DNA of 64,000 nt from the NCBI RefSeq assembly GCF_054482525.1, contig NZ_CM137006.1; one strand, 5' to 3'. Position 1 is the stretch's first letter. Every line of letters starts with the position of its first letter. The position numbers were made by a program, and so were the translations under genes. Under the pieces are notes generated by a model. It was not told the DNA's origin, did not search any database, and saw nothing but the letters and a program-made list of their open reading frames with translations. Positions 59,063 through 64,000 of the stretch are shown here, piece after piece.

Positions 59063-59257
59063 CTGCTCTCCTTGTTAATTTAAGTGATATTTTGTTTGAT
59101 ATTGTGAATATAAGCGCTGGAAGATAACGATATGGTGAGCTGATTCACATAAATTAACATTGTGTGTTATTTTATGTGAACTAAGTGTTAGTTGCGCCGC
59201 GCACGTTTCGCAGGCAAATAGCGTAGAATGTCAGCAGGACAAAGGAAGGAGCAAAAG

Positions 59258-60025
59258 TTGATACCCGTAGAGCGTCGCCAAATCATCCTTGAGATGGTAG
59301 CTGAAAAAGGCATTGTCAGTATTGCTGAACTAACGGACAGAATGAATGTGTCACATATGACCATTCGTCGGGATTTACAAAAACTGGAGCAGCAGGGAGC
59401 CGTTGTGCTGGTGTCCGGAGGCGTCCAGTCTCCGGGACGCGTGGCGCATGAACCTTCTCATCAGGTAAAAACTGCGCTGGCAATGACGCAAAAAGCGGCT
59501 ATTGGCAAGCTGGCGGCAAGTCTTGTTCAGCCGGGAAGTTGTATCTATCTGGATGCGGGAACGACCACGCTAGCGATAGCACAGCATCTGATTCACATGG
59601 AGTCACTGACTGTGGTCACAAACGATTTCGTTATTGCGGACTACTTGCTCGACAACAGTAATTGCACAATTATTCACACTGGCGGTGCAGTGTGTCGGGA
59701 AAACCGTTCCTGTGTCGGGGAAGCCGCTGCGACCATGCTGCGCAGCCTGATGATTGATCAGGCTTTTATTTCTGCATCGTCATGGAGTGTGCGGGGGATT
59801 TCTACGCCAGCGGAAGATAAAGTCACGGTGAAACGGGCGATTGCCAGTGCCAGCCGCCAGCGAGTTTTGGTCTGTGATGCGACGAAATATGGTCAGGTGG
59901 CGACATGGCTGGCGTTACCATTAAGCGAGTTTGATCAGATTATTACAGACGACGGTTTGCCGGAGAGTGCCAGTCGCGCGCTGGCGAAGCAGGATCTCTC
60001 TTTGCTGGTAGCGAAAAATGAATAA
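59258..60025 (+). CDS. ygbI: DeoR-family transcriptional regulator YgbI
   Basis: ORF (M)IPVERRQIILEMVAEKGIVSIAELTDRMNVSHMTIRRDLQKLEQQG... from a TTG at 59258 preceded by AGGAAGGA (255 aa); an alternative in-frame ATG lies at 59228. Confidence 0.8.
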   Translation: MIPVERRQIILEMVAEKGIVSIAELTDRMNVSHMTIRRDLQKLEQQGAVVLVSGGVQSPGRVAHEPSHQVKTALAMTQKAAIGKLAASLVQPGSCIYLDAGTTTLAIAQHLIHMESLTVVTNDFVIADYLLDNSNCTIIHTGGAVCRENRSCVGEAAATMLRSLMIDQAFISASSWSVRGISTPAEDKVTVKRAIASASRQRVLVCDATKYGQVATWLALPLSEFDQIITDDGLPESASRALAKQDLSLLVAKNE

Positions 60026-60075
60026 TGGCCTGCAATAACACCGGGTTACTCATGCTTCACAGAAGAAGCATGAGA

Positions 60076-60732
60076 CTACTTTATTTTATAAAATGACAGC
60101 CGCCCGCTTTTCGGCGATCCGGTATCAATATAAATCTGGTTAGCGAACGTCTGAATGTTATCAAACATCATATGTCCAAATATAAAATAATCAGCGCCGT
60201 TTATTTGTTGTAACTCGCCATTAAGCGATTTCTGCACACGATCAACAGGCCAGAGTAGTTCTCTCTCCGCTATTTCTTTGCCAAAGAGATATTCACTCCC
60301 CGGATAATCTGCATGCGCGATGACATATTTTATTATGTCGTTAGTGATTTCAATAATATGTGGAAGGTGATGAAATTTCAGCAACAGATCTATTGCTTCT
60401 TGTTGTTCCGTCTCATTTAATTCAAAGAACCAGTCGCCGCCGCTGGCAAGCCACATATTGCCATCGCCGGTCGCGAACGCATCCAACGCCATCGCTTCAT
60501 GGTTGCCTTTAACCGACGTAAACCAGGGCTGGTTTAGCAGGCGCAGCACGTTAAGACTCTCCGGCCCACGATCAATATTATCGCCGACAGAAATAAGTAA
60601 GTCGGTTTCAGGGCAAAAAGAGAGTTGATGTAAGCGGGATTGTAATAATTGATAGTCACCATGAATATCACCAACGGCCCATATATGGCGATAGTGATGG
60701 GCATTGATTTTTTGATAGCGTGTAGATGGCAT
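60076..60732 (-). CDS. pphB: Serine/threonine protein phosphatase 2 PphB (PrpB)
   Basis: 218-aa ORF MPSTRYQKINAHHYRHIWAVGDIHGDYQLLQSRLHQLSF... (metallophosphatase GDxHG motif). Confidence 0.88.
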   Translation of the reverse strand: MPSTRYQKINAHHYRHIWAVGDIHGDYQLLQSRLHQLSFCPETDLLISVGDNIDRGPESLNVLRLLNQPWFTSVKGNHEAMALDAFATGDGNMWLASGGDWFFELNETEQQEAIDLLLKFHHLPHIIEITNDIIKYVIAHADYPGSEYLFGKEIAERELLWPVDRVQKSLNGELQQINGADYFIFGHMMFDNIQTFANQIYIDTGSPKSGRLSFYKIK

Positions 60733-60837
60733 GGTTTTACCCTGTAAAATAAGATTTCCTATTATACAGGGTATTTTTATTTGATTCGTCAGTTGTCGTT
60801 AATATTCCCGATAGCAAAAGACTATCGGGAATTGTTA

Positions 60838-63399
60838 TTACACCAGACTCTTCAACCGATAAATCCACTCCAGCGCCTGACGCGGAGTCAGTGAATCCGG
60901 GTCGAGGTTTTCCAGTGCCTCGACCGCAGGCGAAGTTTCTTCTGGTACGGACAGCAAAGACATTTGCGTACCATCCACTTGCGTAGCGGCGGCGTTCGGC
61001 GAAATGCTTTCCAGCTCACGCAGTTTTTGCCGTGCGCGCTTAATCACCTCTTTTGGCACGCCCGCCAGAGCAGCAACCGCCAGGCCGTAGCTTTTGCTCG
61101 CCGCGCCGTCCTGTACGCTGTGCATAAAGGCGATGGTGTCGCCGTGCTCCAGCGCATCGAGGTGCACGTTAGCCACGCCTTCCATTTTCTCCGGCAGTTG
61201 AGTCAGCTCGAAGTAATGGGTGGCAAACAACGTCAATGCCTTAATCTTATTCGCCAGATTTTCAGCGCACGCCCACGCCAGCGACAGACCATCGTAAGTG
61301 GACGTTCCACGCCCAATCTCATCCATCAGCACCAGACTGTACTCGGTGGCGTTATGTAAAATATTGGCGGTTTCTGTCATCTCCACCATAAAGGTTGAAC
61401 GCCCGGATGCCAGATCATCCGCTGCCCCTACGCGGGTAAAGATGCGATCGATAGGTCCAATCTCGACTTTTTGTGCCGGTACATAGCTGCCGATGTAGGC
61501 CATCAGCGCAATCAGTGCGGTCTGGCGCATATAGGTACTTTTACCGCCCATATTCGGACCGGTAATGATCAACATGCGACGCTGCGGCGACAGGTTCAGC
61601 GGGTTGGCGATAAACGGCTCATTCAGCACCTGTTCAACCACCGGATGGCGGCCTTCGGTGATGCGAATACCCGGTTTATCAATAAAGGTCGGGCAGGTGT
61701 AGTTCAGGGTATAGGCCCGTTCCGCCAGGTTAACCAGTACGTCGAGTTCCGCCAGCGCGCTTGCGCTCTGTTGCAACGCTTCCAGATGCGGCAACAGCAG
61801 GTCGAACAGCTCTTCATAAAGCTGTTTTTCCAGAGCCAGTGCTTTGCCTTTTGAAGTGAGGACTTTATCTTCGTACTCTTTTAGCTCTGGAATGATGTAG
61901 CGCTCGGCGTTTTTCAGCGTCTGGCGACGCATGTAGTTGATGGGTGCCAGATGGCTTTGCCCACGGCTGATTTGAATGTAGTAGCCGTGCACCGCATTAA
62001 AGCCAACTTTCAGCGTGTCCAGGCCGGTACGTTCACGCTCGCGGACTTCCAGACGCTCCAGATAATCGGTCGCGCCGTCAGCCAGCGCGCGCCACTCATC
62101 CAGCTCTTCGTTATAGCCTGATGCGATAACACCACCGTCGCGTACCAGCACTGGCGGTGTGTCGATGATTGCTCGCTCCAGCAGATCGCGCAGCTCGGCA
62201 AACTCGCCCATCTTTTCACGCAGCGCCTGTACCGGTGCACTATTGACAGTTTCTAACTGCGCACGCAGCTCCGGCAGTTGCTGGAAAGCGTGACGCATAC
62301 GGGCCAGATCGCGTGGGCGAGCGGTACGCAACGCCAGACGCGCCAGAATACGTTCCAGGTCGCCGACCTGACGTAGTACCGGCTGCAGCTCGGCGGTGAA
62401 ATCCTGCAATGCGCCAATAGTTTGCTGGCGCTCAAGCAACACGCGAGTATCGCGCACTGGCATATGCAGCCAGCGTTTCAGCATACGACTACCCATCGGC
62501 GTGACGGTGCAGTCGAGCACAGAAGCCAGCGTATTTTCCGCACCGCCCGCCAGGTTCTGAGTAATTTCCAGGTTACGACGCGTCGCGGCATCCATAATGA
62601 TGCTGTCCTGCTCACGTTCCATGGTGATAGAACGTATATGCGGCAGGGTCGTGCGTTGGGTATCTTTCGCATACTGCAACAGACACCCGGCAGCACAAAG
62701 TCCGCGCGGCGCGTTCTCGACGCCAAAACCGACCAGATCGCGGGTCCCAAATTGCAGATTCAACTGCTGGCGCGCGGTGTCGATTTCAAACTCCCACAGC
62801 GGACGACGGCGCAGACCGCGACGACCTTCAATTAACGACATTTCAGCAAAATCTTCTGCATACAGCAGTTCCGCAGGATTAGTGCGTTGCAGTTCTGCCG
62901 CCATCGTTTCCCGGTCAGCCGGTTCGCTCAGGCGAAAACGACCGGAACTGATATCCAGCGTCGCGTAGCCGAAACCTTTGCTGTCCTGCCAGATAGCTGC
63001 CAGCAGGTTATCCTGACGCTCCTGCAACAGCGCTTCATCGCTGATGGTGCCCGGCGTAACGATACGCACAACTTTGCGCTCAACCGGACCTTTGCTGGTC
63101 GCTGGATCGCCAATTTGTTCGCAGATGGCAACGGACTCGCCCTGATTCACCAGTTTGGCGAGGTAGTTTTCCACCGCATGGTAGGGGATCCCCGCCATCG
63201 GGATCGGCTCTCCCGCCGAAGCACCGCGTTTGGTCAGTGAAATATCCAGCAGTTGCGACGCGCGTTTTGCGTCGTCATAAAACAGTTCATAAAAATCACC
63301 CATCCGGTAAAACAGCAGGATCTCGGGATGCTGGGCTTTCAGCTTGAGATATTGCTGCATCATGGGCGTATGGGCATCGAAATTTTCTATTGCACTCAT
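60838..63399 (-). CDS. mutS: DNA mismatch repair protein MutS
   Basis: 853-aa [51 protein letters not shown]... with Walker [10 protein letters not shown]. Confidence 0.96.
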   Translation of the reverse strand: MSAIENFDAHTPMMQQYLKLKAQHPEILLFYRMGDFYELFYDDAKRASQLLDISLTKRGASAGEPIPMAGIPYHAVENYLAKLVNQGESVAICEQIGDPATSKGPVERKVVRIVTPGTISDEALLQERQDNLLAAIWQDSKGFGYATLDISSGRFRLSEPADRETMAAELQRTNPAELLYAEDFAEMSLIEGRRGLRRRPLWEFEIDTARQQLNLQFGTRDLVGFGVENAPRGLCAAGCLLQYAKDTQRTTLPHIRSITMEREQDSIIMDAATRRNLEITQNLAGGAENTLASVLDCTVTPMGSRMLKRWLHMPVRDTRVLLERQQTIGALQDFTAELQPVLRQVGDLERILARLALRTARPRDLARMRHAFQQLPELRAQLETVNSAPVQALREKMGEFAELRDLLERAIIDTPPVLVRDGGVIASGYNEELDEWRALADGATDYLERLEVRERERTGLDTLKVGFNAVHGYYIQISRGQSHLAPINYMRRQTLKNAERYIIPELKEYEDKVLTSKGKALALEKQLYEELFDLLLPHLEALQQSASALAELDVLVNLAERAYTLNYTCPTFIDKPGIRITEGRHPVVEQVLNEPFIANPLNLSPQRRMLIITGPNMGGKSTYMRQTALIALMAYIGSYVPAQKVEIGPIDRIFTRVGAADDLASGRSTFMVEMTETANILHNATEYSLVLMDEIGRGTSTYDGLSLAWACAENLANKIKALTLFATHYFELTQLPEKMEGVANVHLDALEHGDTIAFMHSVQDGAASKSYGLAVAALAGVPKEVIKRARQKLRELESISPNAAATQVDGTQMSLLSVPEETSPAVEALENLDPDSLTPRQALEWIYRLKSLV

Positions 63400-63645
63400 G
63401 GGTTTATGTCCGGTTCCCTGATATTAAATGGGGTGTGATGGTTTTTATTTTCGTTGTAATCACATAAGGCGCACATGATACCGGAGTTAATCATTTCAGG
63501 GGAAGAAGCGAACGGCGAGTTCTTGATGCTGGTTCCGGGAAAGATGCTGTTTTGCAGCTTTTGCGTGATGCTTATGAAGCAAGTACGCAAAATTGCGTCG
63601 GTTGAATAAACCTCCTCCTTCAGAGCCATAGTCCCCTTTCAAATT

Positions 63646-63668
63646 AAGTTGTAGTATAAATACATCTT
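63646..63668. promoter_or_regulatory. NsrR-like operator upstream of ygbA
   Basis: aagttgtagtataaatacatctt: the right half AAATACATCTT matches the NsrR consensus half-site; 18 bp upstream of the ygbA ATG. Confidence 0.5.
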
Positions 63669-63685
63669 AATGAGGTGGAGGCAGC

Positions 63686-64000
63686 ATGTCCGGCAAGCGT
63701 ATCTCTCGTGAAAAACTGACGATTAAAAAAATGATCGATCTTTATCAAGCGAAATGCCCGCAGGCGTCAGCGGAGCCGGAGCATTACGAGGCGTTGTTTG
63801 CTTACGCGCAAAAGCGGCTGGATAAATGTGTGTTCGGCGAAGAGAAACCAGCCTGTAAGCAGTGTCCGGTGCACTGTTACCAGCCTGCAAAGCGTGAAGA
63901 GATGAAACAGATTATGCGTTGGGCCGGGCCGAGAATGCTGTGGCGTCATCCGATCTTAACCGTGCGTCATCTCATCGATGACAAGCGTCCGGTGCCGGAG
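63686..64000 (+). CDS. ygbA: YgbA (nitrosative-stress-inducible, NsrR-regulon protein), N-terminal 105 codons; runs off the window end
   Basis: Open frame MSGKRISREKLTIKKMIDLYQAKCPQASAEPEHYEALFAYAQKRLDKCVFGEEKPACKQCPVHCYQ...; not in the ORF track because it has no stop within the window. Confidence 0.8.
   Translation, partial: MSGKRISREKLTIKKMIDLYQAKCPQASAEPEHYEALFAYAQKRLDKCVFGEEKPACKQCPVHCYQPAKREEMKQIMRWAGPRMLWRHPILTVRHLIDDKRPVPE

Overview
This 64 kb window reads as an Escherichia coli chromosomal segment, colinear with the K-12 interval ppnN-queF ... mutS-ygbA but in inverted orientation relative to K-12 numbering. All gene identities are my recognition of the translated ORFs from memory and were not checked against a database. 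Most of it is conserved housekeeping and metabolic genes (csrB, gudPXD, barA, rlmD, relA, mazG, pyrG, eno, cysJIH, cysDNC, ispDF, truD, surE, pcm, nlpD, rpoS, mutS; queD, queE and queF are all present). I do not see a convincing, wholly undescribed system. The accessory or unusual content is: (1) an intact 50-codon Hok-family toxin gene downstream of cysH with an IS186 copy inserted, with a 10-bp target duplication, into the hairpin just past its stop codon; (2) no cas genes or CRISPR array between cysH and iap, where K-12 carries its type I-E locus; (3) an orphan 3-repeat/2-spacer type I-E CRISPR array with leader between queE and ygcE; (4) relA and mazG separated by only 95 bp, with no mazEF module; (5) a MarR-family regulator plus UbiX-like/UbiD-like/small-subunit decarboxylase island between rpoS and ygbN; (6) the poorly characterised ygcN-ygcE redox/catabolic cluster, with a perfect CRP-type box and a terminator-like hairpin in the ygcW leader. 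No tRNA, rRNA or prophage genes were seen.
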